Part shown: one piece after another, positions 9,769 through 20,143 of the stretch
Layout of the letters: the number at the start of each line of letters is the position of its first letter
Position numbering within the stretch: the first letter of the stretch is position 1
Assembly: GCA_913020735.1 (NCBI GenBank)
Contig: CAJWBN010000001.1
Span: 1 to 53,393, forward strand
Length of the DNA stretch: 53,393 nucleotides
From: an uncultured Acidimicrobiaceae bacterium
GTDB taxonomy: Bacteria; Actinomycetota; Acidimicrobiia; Acidimicrobiales; Poriferisodalaceae
Direction of reading: 5' to 3'
The notes under the pieces: generated by a model
The model's database searches: none
What the model was told of the DNA's origin: nothing
What the model saw: the letters and a program-made list of their open reading frames with translations, nothing else
Program-made: the position numbers and the translations under genes

Positions 9769-10512
9769 ATGCGCATAGATGTCTTTACGATTTTCCCTGA
9801 GGCAGTAGACGAGATGATGACGCTCAGCGTTTTGGGGAGAGGCCAAGAAAGTGGCCTACTTGATCTGCGCGTTCATGATCTGAGAATGACGGCGACAGAC
9901 GTGCACAAGACTGTTGATGACAAACCGTTTGGGGGAGGAGCTGGGATGGTTTTGAAGCCTGAACCGGTTTTTGGTGCTGTGGAAGCAAGCAACTCACCTA
10001 AACCCTTGATCCTGCTTGACCCAGGAGGTGAACGATTTGACCAACAAAAAGCTGCTGAGCTGGCGGCCTTAGACGGATTCTCACTCCTCTGCGGACGATA
10101 CGAAGGCGTCGACGAACGAATTAGAGACAGCCTTGTTGATGAACAACTATCGATAGGTGATTTCGTCCTTGCCGGAGGTGAATTTGCGGCGATGGTAGTA
10201 ATCGAAACAGTGGCCAGGCTCGTTCCGAAAGTTCTTGGGAATGACTTGTCAAGCAGCGAGGAGAGTTTCGACGACGACTTGCTTGAATATCCACAGTGGA
10301 CTCGACCCTCTGATTTCCGTGGCTCTAAAGTGCCTGAAGTCCTCCTCAGCGGAGATCATGCTCGCGTTGAAAGATGGCGGCTAGCTATGGCGATAGTGCG
10401 AACCTCAGAGCTCCGTCCCGATCTCCTTGAACTTCGTGGAGTATCGAAAGAAGAGCTAGAGATGTTGGACGAGTTCGATATAAGCATCGACGACCGCTTC
10501 GTTTCGGAGTAA
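9769..10512 (+). CDS. trmD: tRNA (guanine37-N1)-methyltransferase
   Basis: MRIDVFTIFPE, VDDKPFGGGAGM, CGRYEGVDER, SIGDFVLAGGE; start corrected to ATG 9769. Confidence 0.96.
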   Translation: MRIDVFTIFPEAVDEMMTLSVLGRGQESGLLDLRVHDLRMTATDVHKTVDDKPFGGGAGMVLKPEPVFGAVEASNSPKPLILLDPGGERFDQQKAAELAALDGFSLLCGRYEGVDERIRDSLVDEQLSIGDFVLAGGEFAAMVVIETVARLVPKVLGNDLSSSEESFDDDLLEYPQWTRPSDFRGSKVPEVLLSGDHARVERWRLAMAIVRTSELRPDLLELRGVSKEELEMLDEFDISIDDRFVSE

Positions 10513-10634
10513 CAGGCCGCTAGCATGATGATTCGTTCTTACCGCGATACCTTCAGTCATTGCCTGGGGGCGAATCGCACAACCACCCCTTCATCGTTCC
10601 TAACCGGGAACCCCACACTAGGAGCAAGTGCGCC

Positions 10635-10979
10635 ATGCACAGCACCGATCTCGTCGATCAAGCCCAGCTAAGAACTGACCATCCTGAATTCGGTCCGGGC
10701 GACACAGTCAAAGTTCATGTCCGAGTAGTTGAAGGCAACCGCGAAAGAACACAGCTTTTTGAAGGCTACGTAATAGCGCGCCGAGGCTCGGGAATTAGAG
10801 AATCTTTTACAGTTCGCAAACTCAGCTTTGGTGTTGGAGTAGAAAGAACCTTCCCTCTGCACGCTCCCACTCTCGCCAAAATAGAGCGCGTAGCAGTCGG
10901 TGACGTTCGCCGTTCCAAGTTGTATTACTTGCGGGATCGTATTGGCAAAGCAGCTCGTGTCAAGGAAAAGCGTTACTAG
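10635..10979 (+). CDS. rplS: 50S ribosomal protein L19
   Basis: FGPGDTVKV...GVGVERTFP...RRSKLYYLR; ATG 10635 follows AGGAG. Confidence 0.96.
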   Translation: MHSTDLVDQAQLRTDHPEFGPGDTVKVHVRVVEGNRERTQLFEGYVIARRGSGIRESFTVRKLSFGVGVERTFPLHAPTLAKIERVAVGDVRRSKLYYLRDRIGKAARVKEKRY

Positions 10980-11003
10980 CTGGGGAATGTTTCCCTGAAA
11001 GTT

Positions 11004-11216
11004 CTAGCCCCGCGGCATTCGTCGGTGACGAGCCTGCCAGCAGCCGTAGTGCCAGTGACGTCTGAGATCCGGTGCATCTAAGGGGACAGCGACCATATGT
11101 CCGAGTCCTGGAGGGATTTCCCTGTTGCAACCTGGACACAGGTAGGTTTTCGTTGCTTGGTAGGGCTGGATCCGTCGGACTTCGTAGCCATCTTCAGGCT
11201 GTAAATCAAAAACCAT
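11004..11216 (-). CDS. Small conserved actinobacterial protein with CxxC...HxxC putative Zn site (M. tuberculosis Rv1322-like)
   Basis: YEVRRIQPYQATKTYLCPGC...RRHWHYGCW resembles the KxYxCPGC...RRHWHxxCW family (recalled, not searched); ATG at 11216. Confidence 0.75.
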   Translation of the reverse strand: MVFDLQPEDGYEVRRIQPYQATKTYLCPGCNREIPPGLGHMVAVPLDAPDLRRHWHYGCWQARHRRMPRG

Positions 11217-11489
11217 GATTCCTATCCCCAAAGACCCCAAATAACAAGACCGATAGCAATCAGAGTCGCGCTTGCTACAAGTAAGTAGTCCAGAGATGTG
11301 GCGTTATGTTTCCGATAAGGGTTGTAACCCATATCCGCAGTATGCACCTATAAATGTCGGAATTCGGTTAAATGGCTGGCTAGCTCAATGCAAGTTACTC
11401 ATTCGGGTTGAAAATGATGTTTCGAGCGTCATCGGCCTATGTGAAGAGATGAACGGCTGAACGTCCTCTCTGTCGGTACCTTTCATTGT

Positions 11490-12389
11490 GTGAGTGGCGA
11501 CCCATGGAATATTGATGAATTTCTCCGTTTCTTAGTCGCTGCATCACCGGCAACGCTTGAGGCTTACAAACAGGACTTGGATGAGTTCGTTCGGTGGAGC
11601 GAAGAAAGCGGCTATTTCACCCCCGAAGTTATTACCCGAAACGATGTCGATAGCTGGATAGCCAACATGCAGAAGAATGGGCGCGCACAGAAGACAATGG
11701 CCCGAAGAATCTCAGCACTCCGTAGGTATTACCAGTGGTTAATGACGAAAAAGGTGATTCATAAGGACCCGACAGTAAAGGTGCGCACTCCCAAGGGTTC
11801 GCAGCGTCTTCCGCGGCCGTTGCAACGTTCAGAAATTGATCAGCTATTCGATGAGTCGACACCGCAGAACGCCCTTGAACTTCGTGACCGGATAGTTGTT
11901 GAACTGTTATACGGCTCCGGTCTTCGCGTCGCGGAGCTTTGCGCTCTCAACGAGGAGAGTGTGAACCTAAGAAGGCAGACGATTGAAGTTATCGGCAAAG
12001 GTTCGAAGGTCAGGACAGTGCCCATTACCGCGTACGCCTGTGACCTACTCGAATTATGGATCCCGAAAGGAAGTCAGGCTTTTGATGATGCCTACACACC
12101 TAGCGGTCGAAACTCCCGCGAGTTGTTGGTTAACAGGAGGGGGAATGGAATAGGGCGAAGCGATGTAAGGCGTATCTTGCATCGCTTACTGCGGTCAAAG
12201 GGCATGACAGAAAGATCACCTCATGCCCTTCGCCATACATATGCCACGCACTTGCTCGACGGGGGCGCCGATTTAAGAGCGGTCCAGGAGCTACTTGGTC
12301 ATGCTGATCTCACTACGACTCAGATTTATACGCACGTCAGCCGAGAACAGTTAAGAGAGACGCATCGAAAACATCACCCTCGCGGATAG
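11490..12389 (+). CDS. xerC: Tyrosine recombinase XerC
   Basis: SAM-like N-domain, GLRVAEL, GKGSK, HALRH, LGH...TTQIYTH, C-terminal HPR; usual position upstream of rpsB. Confidence 0.88.
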   Translation: MSGDPWNIDEFLRFLVAASPATLEAYKQDLDEFVRWSEESGYFTPEVITRNDVDSWIANMQKNGRAQKTMARRISALRRYYQWLMTKKVIHKDPTVKVRTPKGSQRLPRPLQRSEIDQLFDESTPQNALELRDRIVVELLYGSGLRVAELCALNEESVNLRRQTIEVIGKGSKVRTVPITAYACDLLELWIPKGSQAFDDAYTPSGRNSRELLVNRRGNGIGRSDVRRILHRLLRSKGMTERSPHALRHTYATHLLDGGADLRAVQELLGHADLTTTQIYTHVSREQLRETHRKHHPRG

Positions 12390-12436
12390 TGCCTAATCTG
12401 TGTGTATCTCAACGACCGCTTTAGTTGCTGCCTCGC

Positions 12437-12557
12437 TAGACTTCAACGTCGGGCTCAACTTGGGTCCGGTATAACTCACAGCTGAGACGACCTCACGGTC
12501 ACCGTGTCATTACGGTGTCGATTTCAGTGCAGCAATCTAACCGTGGGGGGAGAAACC
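12437..12557 (+). promoter_or_regulatory. rpsB promoter (-10 TAGACT) and structured 5' leader, candidate S2 autoregulatory element
   Basis: Nested stems CTGAGA/TTTCAG, CGA/TCG and CACCGT/ACGGTG, plus CCTCACGG (12491-98) complementary to CCGTGGGG (12541-48). Confidence 0.6.
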
Positions 12558-13538
12558 ATGGCTGCAGTCGTAACCATGTCAGATTTGCTCAAAGCTGGAG
12601 TCCACTTCGGCCATCAGACTCGACGATGGAACCCCAAGATGGATCGCTATCTGTGGGGCGAACGCAACGGCATTTACATTATCGATCTTGAACAGACCAT
12701 CGGATTGTTGGACAGTGCTTACACCTATGTCCGAGACACCGTCGCAAAAGGTGGAACGATTCTGTTTGTCGGCACAAAGAAACAAGCCCAAGACCCAATC
12801 GAAACCTATGCGAAAACCTCAGGGATGCCCTACGTAAACCAAAGATGGCTTGGGGGCATGCTCACTAACTTCAGAACCATTCGAGGTCGTGTCGACAAAA
12901 TGTTGGAGTACGAGCGAATGCAAGCTGCGGGTGACTTCGAGAACATGCCTAAGAAAGAAGCGCTGCTCCTCACTCGAGAACTCACCAAACTCCAACGCAA
13001 TCTTGATGGATTGCGCAACATGGACAAGCTGCCACAGGCAGTGTTCGTGCTGGATACCCCGAAAGAACATATAGCGGTTGCTGAAGCGAACCGGCTCAAA
13101 CTTCCGGTTGTAGCGGTTGCGGATTCCAATAGCGACCCTGACCTAATTGACTATGTAATCCCAGGAAACGATGATGCGATCCGAAGTACAGATCTGCTTA
13201 CCCGAGTCATATCGGATGCAGTCCGTGAAGGACGGTACATAGCTCAAAGCAAAGGCGTAGTCGCCAGTGCTTCCGGTGAACGCTCTCCTGAGCAAGAAGC
13301 CCGAGTTTCAGTAGAGCAAGCCGAAGCTGCGCAAAAAGCACTTGCCGAGGGTGCGGCGCGAGAGGCACGAATGGCAGCCGAACAGGCAGCCCAAGCTACC
13401 CCAGTCGTTGACCCGCCAGCTGAGATGACTTCCGAGGCAGAGCCACAGGTTGCTGAAGAAACAACAGCTGCTGAAGAAACGACAACTGCTGAAGAAACAA
13501 CAACTGAGGTCTCTTCGGAAACGAACGAGGAAAAGTAG
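12558..13538 (+). CDS. rpsB: 30S ribosomal protein S2
   Basis: [39 protein letters not shown]; ATG 12558. Confidence 0.97.
   Translation: MAAVVTMSDLLKAGVHFGHQTRRWNPKMDRYLWGERNGIYIIDLEQTIGLLDSAYTYVRDTVAKGGTILFVGTKKQAQDPIETYAKTSGMPYVNQRWLGGMLTNFRTIRGRVDKMLEYERMQAAGDFENMPKKEALLLTRELTKLQRNLDGLRNMDKLPQAVFVLDTPKEHIAVAEANRLKLPVVAVADSNSDPDLIDYVIPGNDDAIRSTDLLTRVISDAVREGRYIAQSKGVVASASGERSPEQEARVSVEQAEAAQKALAEGAAREARMAAEQAAQATPVVDPPAEMTSEAEPQVAEETTAAEETTTAEETTTEVSSETNEEK
13452..13505 (+). repeat. 3 x 18-bp coding tandem repeat (AEETTA/T) in the S2 tail
   Basis: gctgaagaaacaacagct / gctgaagaaacgacaact / gctgaagaaacaacaact. Confidence 0.9.
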
Positions 13539-13575
13539 TCCGCTAATACCGATTTAAAGAGGTGCACAAGAGCTA

Positions 13576-14370
13576 ATGGCAGATTTCACCGCCAAAGACG
13601 TTCAAGCTCTTCGTCAATCAACCGGCGCCGGCATGATGGATGCCAAGAAGGCTTTGGTTGAAAATGATGGAGATCCCGAAGCCGCAGCCCAATGGCTGAG
13701 AGAAAAAGGGATAGCGAAGAGCGCTAGCCGTTCTGATAGAGAAAACAGTGAAGGAATTGTTGTAGCAAGAGTTGAAGGCGCAACTGCCGCTGTTGTCGAG
13801 TTGAAGTGTGAGACGGATTTCGTAGCTAAATCTGATCAATTCGGAGAAATGGCAGAAAATATCCTGACAGCAGTTCTCACCCGCGGAGAAGGCGCGGTAT
13901 CTGAAAGTGTTACTGAATTAGAGAACATGAAAATAACTCTCAAAGAGAACATCGACTTAGGTCAGGTAATTAGATACGAAGCAAGTCCCGGTGCCGTGCT
14001 TGACGCATATGTCCACCAACAGAACGGACGTGGCGTTAACGCTGTATTGATTGAAATCGATAATGGGGATCCTGAAATAGCGCATGATGTCGCGTTGCAC
14101 ATTGCGAGCAGTAGACCCAAGTATTTGACCAGAGATGACGTTCCGCCAGAGGTGGTTGCATCTGAACGTGAAACTCTCGAGAACATAACCCGTAATGAAG
14201 GTAAACCAGAGCAGGCGATCGACAAAATCGTTGATGGCCGCATGGATGGGTTCTTTCGTGATTCAGCGCTTATGGAGCAAAAATTTGTGAAGGATGAGAA
14301 GATCGCTATTTCGGATCTTCTGGCGGAATCAACGATTACTCGGTTCGTCCAGGTGGAGATAGGTAGCTGA
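13576..14370 (+). CDS. tsf: Elongation factor Ts
   Basis: [27 protein letters not shown]. Confidence 0.97.
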   Translation: MADFTAKDVQALRQSTGAGMMDAKKALVENDGDPEAAAQWLREKGIAKSASRSDRENSEGIVVARVEGATAAVVELKCETDFVAKSDQFGEMAENILTAVLTRGEGAVSESVTELENMKITLKENIDLGQVIRYEASPGAVLDAYVHQQNGRGVNAVLIEIDNGDPEIAHDVALHIASSRPKYLTRDDVPPEVVASERETLENITRNEGKPEQAIDKIVDGRMDGFFRDSALMEQKFVKDEKIAISDLLAESTITRFVQVEIGS

Positions 14371-14371
14371 C

Positions 14372-15118
14372 GTGACGGATCAGGCTCGCCGCTGGGAGGG
14401 TGACTGCCCTTGGAAACGGGTCATTCTAAAACTTTCAGGGGAAGCGTTAGCTGATCCAACAGGTAACAACATAAGCGGAGAAGTGCTCCAGAATCTTGCG
14501 TCGGAGATTGCTTCAGTTCGCGAAGCCCATGCAGTCGATATAGCCATCGTCGTTGGCGGTGGAAATATTTGGAGAGGCATGTCTGGCTCCGATGGGGGCA
14601 TGGATAGAGCTCAGTCTGACCACATGGGCATGTTGGCGACAGTAATTAATGCGATAGCCCTCCAGGACGCGCTTGAAAGGGCTGAGGTGCCTACACGTGT
14701 CATGACAGCGATCGGTATGGCGCAGGTCGCTGAGCCCTATATTCGGCGTCGGGCGGTGCGTCACCTAGAAAAGGGGCGAGTTGTCATTTTTGCGGCCGGA
14801 ACAGGAAACCCGTTCTTTACGACGGATACCGCAGCTGCCCTTAGAGCAGCTGAAATAGATGCAGACGCAGTACTTAAGGGAACACATTCCGGAGTCGATG
14901 GGGTTTATACCGCTGACCCCAATAGTGACCCTGATGCAGAACTACTTGATGATGTTTCTTTCCTAGACGTACTTTCTCAAGAGCTAGCGGTGATGGATAG
15001 CGCGGCGATAGCAGTATGTAAGGACAATAAGACGCCCATAGTGGTATTTGATTTAATGACCCGTGGAAACTTTGAGTCCATACTCGGTGGTGCTGCGATC
15101 GGTACGCTGGTCAGGTGA
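14372..15118 (+). CDS. pyrH: Uridylate kinase
   Basis: [29 protein letters not shown]. Confidence 0.97.
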   Translation: MTDQARRWEGDCPWKRVILKLSGEALADPTGNNISGEVLQNLASEIASVREAHAVDIAIVVGGGNIWRGMSGSDGGMDRAQSDHMGMLATVINAIALQDALERAEVPTRVMTAIGMAQVAEPYIRRRAVRHLEKGRVVIFAAGTGNPFFTTDTAAALRAAEIDADAVLKGTHSGVDGVYTADPNSDPDAELLDDVSFLDVLSQELAVMDSAAIAVCKDNKTPIVVFDLMTRGNFESILGGAAIGTLVR

Positions 15119-15681
15119 GCGAGTTCGCAGAAGAAGTTTGTGTTGATGCAAGGGACCGCATGCAGCGGGCTGTTGAGCACGCACAAAATGAATATGGGAC
15201 TGTCCGAACCGGACGTGCGACACCTGCACTTGTCGAAAAACTAAAAGTTGTTTACTACGGTGCGGATGTCCCCCTTCAACAACTGGCAAGTTTCTCAGTT
15301 CCCGAGGCGCGTGTCTTAGTAGTACAACCTTTTGATCGTGGTTCGATTGAAGGTATATCCAAGGCCCTAATGGAATCTGATTTAGGTATTAATCCCAGTA
15401 GCGATGGAGAAGTCATTCGCTTGGTTTTTCCTCCTTTGACCGAAGAAAGGCGACAAGATCTGGTACGAGTGGTCAAACAGATGGCTGAGGATGGCCGCGT
15501 CGCGGTCCGCAACCTTCGGCGTTCGGCCCGCCAGGATTTAGATGCACTCGAGAAAGACAAAGAAATTTCTTCAGATGATAAAGAACGGTTCAACAAGGAC
15601 CTTGACAGCTATACCCAAAAATCAGTTGATGAAATCGATCGGGCCCTCGCTGCTAAAGAGCAGGAGTTGCTTGAGGTCTGA
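15115..15681 (+). CDS. frr: Ribosome recycling factor
   Basis: [24 protein letters not shown]. Confidence 0.97.
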   Translation: MSEFAEEVCVDARDRMQRAVEHAQNEYGTVRTGRATPALVEKLKVVYYGADVPLQQLASFSVPEARVLVVQPFDRGSIEGISKALMESDLGINPSSDGEVIRLVFPPLTEERRQDLVRVVKQMAEDGRVAVRNLRRSARQDLDALEKDKEISSDDKERFNKDLDSYTQKSVDEIDRALAAKEQELLEV

Positions 15682-15701
15682 AACAAAGGGTGGGGATAGG
15701 T

Positions 15702-17690
15702 ATGTCTGATTCTGAGGATGGCGAGATTGAACCTGGCCGTCGCGAAGAAATTGAAGATAACAATGACACCGGCCCTTTGCTCTCCTTCGATTTTGATGAA
15801 TCACCTATGCCGCACTGGTCAGAACCCGGCTCAGGGGAACGGCCAGATGGCGGTGAACGGCCTGATCCACCCGAACTTGAGGACTCACCCTTGGGGGGTT
15901 CACGTCTGTTCCCTCAACTACCAGACGATCCGCATCTAGTTGATACTTCGGACACAGGATTGATGGACGCAGTTAGGTCTGACACCATCCCTACAGTCTC
16001 GCCAGGAATGCAAGAGGATCAGTTCAGTTCTGAACTTGGCGAAATCGAGGATCAGAGTGCCCCCACTGACGACGAGGGAACCTCTAGTCAAAGCTCTGAT
16101 GACAGCGAGTTTTCTCACCCCCAAGTTCCGACTGATGAGCTGTTTGGTGAGAGCCTCTTCGATGAGGATGACGACTTTGAGGATGACGACTTTGATGATG
16201 CGATCTTTGATGATTCGCCGATCATTGGTCGACCTGGATCTGCAGAAGATAAGGCGCCCGCCTATGACACAGGCCCAATAGAAGAAATTGTGGACGAAGT
16301 ACCCCCGATAGACGATGGTCAAATAGGTGAAGTTGATCCCGGGCAGATCGCGGCTGAAGGTGTAGGCGCTGAGCAAACTGGCAATGAACCTGAATCAAGC
16401 GAAGGTGAGCGAAGCGGCGACGAAGCGACCGTCGTAGATGAGCGGGAGCTCGGTGTTGAACCGATCTTCGAAGACGAACCTACTGCCGAGCTGGTCTTCG
16501 AAGAAGAAGTATCTGACGATGAAACCCAGGTGATAGAGGAGGGTTCTCCGTCGGGGCTCGAGGAGGATTTACAGCCTGACGTCGAGAGTCAAACAAACTC
16601 TGAGGCTGAACAGCCGGCTCGACGAGTCATCAAACTATTTGATACGCCACCGAGTCAACGCATAATGCAAGGTTCTGAGCAGGCCGAATCGATTGATGAC
16701 GAAGAAGAAAGTAACGAACACGAGGATGCTGAGTGGAGTGAATTCGGCGGACCAGCCCCCCATTGGCGAGAAGGTCGCCGAGATTACGAGGAGTCAACCA
16801 AAGTGAACGAAGAAGACCGAACCGTGACTCACGGTTCCACAACGGGACAAGATTCGACTGGATCTTCCGAATCGACGGGACGAAATCTCCCAGCGGCGAT
16901 TGGTGTGGGCTTGGCTTTGGCGGCGGCATTCTTCGGGCTACTAAAAGTTGGCCCATGGGCGATACTCATCATGGTTTTGGCGGCGCTGGGATTTGCCGCC
17001 CTTGAGTTCTTCACTTCGGCACAAAACTTGGGCTACAGGCCGGCCACCCTTCTTGGCCTCGCAGCGGTTGTAGGGTTATCACTTGGGGCTTATCACAGGG
17101 GTTTTGAGGCGTACCCAGTGGTGTTTGCTTTGCTGGTTATAACTGGCATGTGTTGGTTCTTGTTCGACATCGAATCTCAGCATGTAACTGCAAATTTCGC
17201 GGTTACCTTGCTGGGGTTTGCTTGGGTCGGTGGTTTGGGCTCGTTTGCTGCCCTGATTCTCGCTCGACCGAATGGTGATGCCATCTTGATCGGAGCAGTT
17301 ATAGGAACTATCGCATACGACGTAGGCGGCTACGTCATAGGAAGCACCACCGGTCAATCAAAGATTGCTCCCCGCGTCAGTCCGAACAAAACCTATGAGG
17401 GTTTGTTGGGCGGCATGATGCTTTCTGTGGTTATAACGACGCTGGTGCTCAATAAATTCCCGGGAGTGCATCCTTGGTCGGTTTCGATGATGGACTGTTT
17501 CTGGCTTGGCTTGGCCATTGCCTTGGTCGCACCGGTTGGCGATCTAGCTCAGTCGATGATTAAACGCGATATGGGCGTCAAAGATATGGGAACTCTGCTG
17601 CCAGGACATGGAGGCGTGTTCGATCGGTTTGATGCGCTGTTGTTTGTCTTGCCAACTGCTTATTTTGTCGCCGACCTCGTGCTTACCTGA
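15702..17690 (+). CDS. cdsA: Phosphatidate cytidylyltransferase CdsA with long acidic N-terminal extension
   Basis: C-terminal TM domain with SPNKTYEG and KRDMGVKDMGTLLPGHGGVFDRFD; frr-cdsA-dxr synteny. Confidence 0.9.
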   Translation: MSDSEDGEIEPGRREEIEDNNDTGPLLSFDFDESPMPHWSEPGSGERPDGGERPDPPELEDSPLGGSRLFPQLPDDPHLVDTSDTGLMDAVRSDTIPTVSPGMQEDQFSSELGEIEDQSAPTDDEGTSSQSSDDSEFSHPQVPTDELFGESLFDEDDDFEDDDFDDAIFDDSPIIGRPGSAEDKAPAYDTGPIEEIVDEVPPIDDGQIGEVDPGQIAAEGVGAEQTGNEPESSEGERSGDEATVVDERELGVEPIFEDEPTAELVFEEEVSDDETQVIEEGSPSGLEEDLQPDVESQTNSEAEQPARRVIKLFDTPPSQRIMQGSEQAESIDDEEESNEHEDAEWSEFGGPAPHWREGRRDYEESTKVNEEDRTVTHGSTTGQDSTGSSESTGRNLPAAIGVGLALAAAFFGLLKVGPWAILIMVLAALGFAALEFFTSAQNLGYRPATLLGLAAVVGLSLGAYHRGFEAYPVVFALLVITGMCWFLFDIESQHVTANFAVTLLGFAWVGGLGSFAALILARPNGDAILIGAVIGTIAYDVGGYVIGSTTGQSKIAPRVSPNKTYEGLLGGMMLSVVITTLVLNKFPGVHPWSVSMMDCFWLGLAIALVAPVGDLAQSMIKRDMGVKDMGTLLPGHGGVFDRFDALLFVLPTAYFVADLVLT

Positions 17691-17701
17691 GAGGTACTTA
17701 A

Positions 17702-18865
17702 GTGACGACGGTTGCGGTTCTAGGAGCCACCGGATCCATTGGTTCTCAAACTATTGAGGTAGTGAGAGCCGAACCTGAACGTTTCCGAATAACAGCGCTA
17801 GCTGCTTGGTCTTCCGTGGAGCTGCTTGCCTCTTATGCGAGAGAGTTCCAACCTGAGGTCGTGGCCATTGGAAATCCTGGTTTAGCTGCGACGCTTAGGA
17901 TGGAAGTACCCGAAGGCACTGAGGTGTTAGTAGGGGCGGAGGGCTACGAGGAGCTGGCGACGCGAGCCGAGGTTGTTGTCAACGGCATCGTGGGATTTGC
18001 GGGGTTGGGAGTGACTCTTGCTGCGTTAAGTTCAGGCAGGCGCTTGGCTCTTGCCAACAAAGAGAGCTTGATAGCAGCTGGGCCTTTAGTTCAACCGCTT
18101 CGCGCCACCCCAGGAGCCGAGCTGATTCCTGTAGACAGTGAGCATTGCGCTCTTCACCAGTGTCTTAGATCCAGCGACCCTGAAGGGCAGGCCCGTTACC
18201 TTCATCAATTAGTTCTTACTGCAAGCGGGGGTCCATTTAGAGGCTGGGGTTCTGTCGAACTGCAAGAAGTAACTGTTGAGCAGGCTCTTGAGCATCCGAC
18301 ATGGGCAATGGGTCCTAAAATCACTGTTGACTCTTCAACTTTGATGAATAAGGGCCTTGAAGTCATAGAGGCTCACGAGCTTTTCGGAGTCGACTATAAA
18401 CAGATTGAAGTTGTTGTTCATCCGGAATCAATAGTTCATTCAATGGCTACCTTCACCGATGGCGCAACTATTGCTCAATTGTCGGAACCGGATATGAGAT
18501 TGCCTATTGCATATGCGCTTGCATACCCCGAAAGGATCTCTACTCCCTTTGGCAGTATCGACTGGGGAACTAACAAATCCCTTCATTTTGAGCCGCCAGA
18601 TAGAAAGAATTTTCCTTGCCTTGACTTGGCTTACTCCGCCGGTGAAACAGGAGACACAGCACCTGCGTGGATGAATGGTGCTAATGAAGCCGCCGTAGAT
18701 GCGTTCCTAAGCGGCCGTATTTCATGGCCCGAAATTGCAAATTTGATCGAAAGTGCTTTAAATCAGTATGACGGAGCCGTCGCTGAATCGGTTGAAGCGG
18801 TAGTTAGGGCAGACCGTCGTGGTCGGGAATGCGTGGCGACCGATCTATCAGACCGGGGTCGTTGA
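17702..18865 (+). CDS. dxr: 1-deoxy-D-xylulose-5-phosphate reductoisomerase
   Basis: LGATGSIG, LANKESL, PVDSEH, TASGGPF, HPTWAMGPKITVDSSTLMNKGLE. Confidence 0.97.
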   Translation: MTTVAVLGATGSIGSQTIEVVRAEPERFRITALAAWSSVELLASYAREFQPEVVAIGNPGLAATLRMEVPEGTEVLVGAEGYEELATRAEVVVNGIVGFAGLGVTLAALSSGRRLALANKESLIAAGPLVQPLRATPGAELIPVDSEHCALHQCLRSSDPEGQARYLHQLVLTASGGPFRGWGSVELQEVTVEQALEHPTWAMGPKITVDSSTLMNKGLEVIEAHELFGVDYKQIEVVVHPESIVHSMATFTDGATIAQLSEPDMRLPIAYALAYPERISTPFGSIDWGTNKSLHFEPPDRKNFPCLDLAYSAGETGDTAPAWMNGANEAAVDAFLSGRISWPEIANLIESALNQYDGAVAESVEAVVRADRRGRECVATDLSDRGR

Positions 18866-20097
18866 TGCTTGAGTCTCCTGATATGAAAGTAACGCCTCGA
18901 GTTCGAGGGATATTAGGTTTCGGGCTCGTAGCTGCTTCCCTGTTGTTGCTGGGGTTTGTGTCGAAATCCATGTTGGCGGTGACGCTGGTAATCGTCCTCG
19001 TAGTTTTTGTCCATGAGCTGGGCCATTTCATGGCAGCGCGCATAACCGGGATGAAAGCTACGGAATTTTTTCTTGGTTTCGGACCCCGACTATTCAGCTT
19101 TCGAAGAGGTGAAACAGAGTTCGGGGTCAAGCCGATACTTGCCGGGGCCTACGTCAAATTGGTTGGGATGACGAATCTTGATGAAGTAGATGCCGAAGAT
19201 GAAGCGAGAACTTATAGACAGCAGAGCTATCCGAAACGTCTTTTGGTTGCGTCGGCTGGTTCTCTGATGCATTTCTTGATGGCGTTCATAGGTCTGCTAA
19301 CTCTTTTCGCCTTTTTAGGTGACCCGGTAGTCGAGGAAGGGTCGTGGGAAGTAGCAAGTGTCCTTGAGCAAGAGAATCTTGCTGAACAGAGTGCCGCTGC
19401 GCGTGCAGGAATTCAAAGGGGAGATCGCATCCTCTTCGTTGAAGGCCAATCCACTGCAGCATGGGAGGATCTAGTAGAAATTATCCGAAACCGCCCTAAC
19501 GAAACGGTCCAGCTAGAAGTTATGCGCGGCGACAGTGAACTATCGCTGATGGCAACCTTGGGTGTCGGCCCAGATGGCTACGGACTCCTGGGAGTTAGAG
19601 GTCAACAAGCCACGGAGCTAGTGAAATACGGCCCGTTAGAAGCTGTTAGCCAAAGTGGAGCGGAGTTCGCCACCATGGTTGGGCAATCAATTCGTGGCAT
19701 TTGGACGATTGTTGCGAACTTAGGTGATGTGGCAGACCGAATAATCTCGCCCCCGAATGACCCGAGTGCTAATGACAACCTGGAGACTCGGCCAGTCTCG
19801 CTGGTTGGGGCTGTTCAGATTGGAGCTAGTGAACGATTGAGCGGTTCAGAACGGATGCAGTTATTTGTCGCATTCAATGTGTTTATCGGTGTGTTTAATC
19901 TGCTGCCGTTCTTGCCACTGGATGGTGGTCATATAGCCATAGCAACTTATGAACGTGTTCGAGAAGGAAGAACAGGTCGACGACACATAATCGATACAAC
20001 CCGTTTGCTTCCTGTCACCTACGCCGTCGTAGCGTTTTTAGCCTTCTTCGGGTTGGGGGCCATTTATTTGGATATTGCGAACCCTCTCGGATTTTGA
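18865..20097 (+). CDS. rseP: Site-2 (M50) intramembrane metalloprotease with PDZ domain, RseP/Rip1 family
   Basis: HELGH, PDZ segment, FNLLPFLPLDGGH; ATG overlaps the dxr stop (TGATG). Confidence 0.9.
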   Translation: MLESPDMKVTPRVRGILGFGLVAASLLLLGFVSKSMLAVTLVIVLVVFVHELGHFMAARITGMKATEFFLGFGPRLFSFRRGETEFGVKPILAGAYVKLVGMTNLDEVDAEDEARTYRQQSYPKRLLVASAGSLMHFLMAFIGLLTLFAFLGDPVVEEGSWEVASVLEQENLAEQSAAARAGIQRGDRILFVEGQSTAAWEDLVEIIRNRPNETVQLEVMRGDSELSLMATLGVGPDGYGLLGVRGQQATELVKYGPLEAVSQSGAEFATMVGQSIRGIWTIVANLGDVADRIISPPNDPSANDNLETRPVSLVGAVQIGASERLSGSERMQLFVAFNVFIGVFNLLPFLPLDGGHIAIATYERVREGRTGRRHIIDTTRLLPVTYAVVAFLAFFGLGAIYLDIANPLGF

Positions 20098-20143
20098 GTG
20101 AGTGTGACAGCAGGGAATTCATGTTCAAACTGACAGACTGTTA

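Noticed and set aside
11272-11460. 62-aa ORF upstream of xerC
   Set aside because: TTG start without RBS, no motif; more likely divergent promoter DNA.
11490-12389. Tyrosine recombinase as a possible prophage or island integrase
   Set aside because: Size, motifs and position before rpsB fit housekeeping XerC; no att repeats, tRNA or phage genes nearby.
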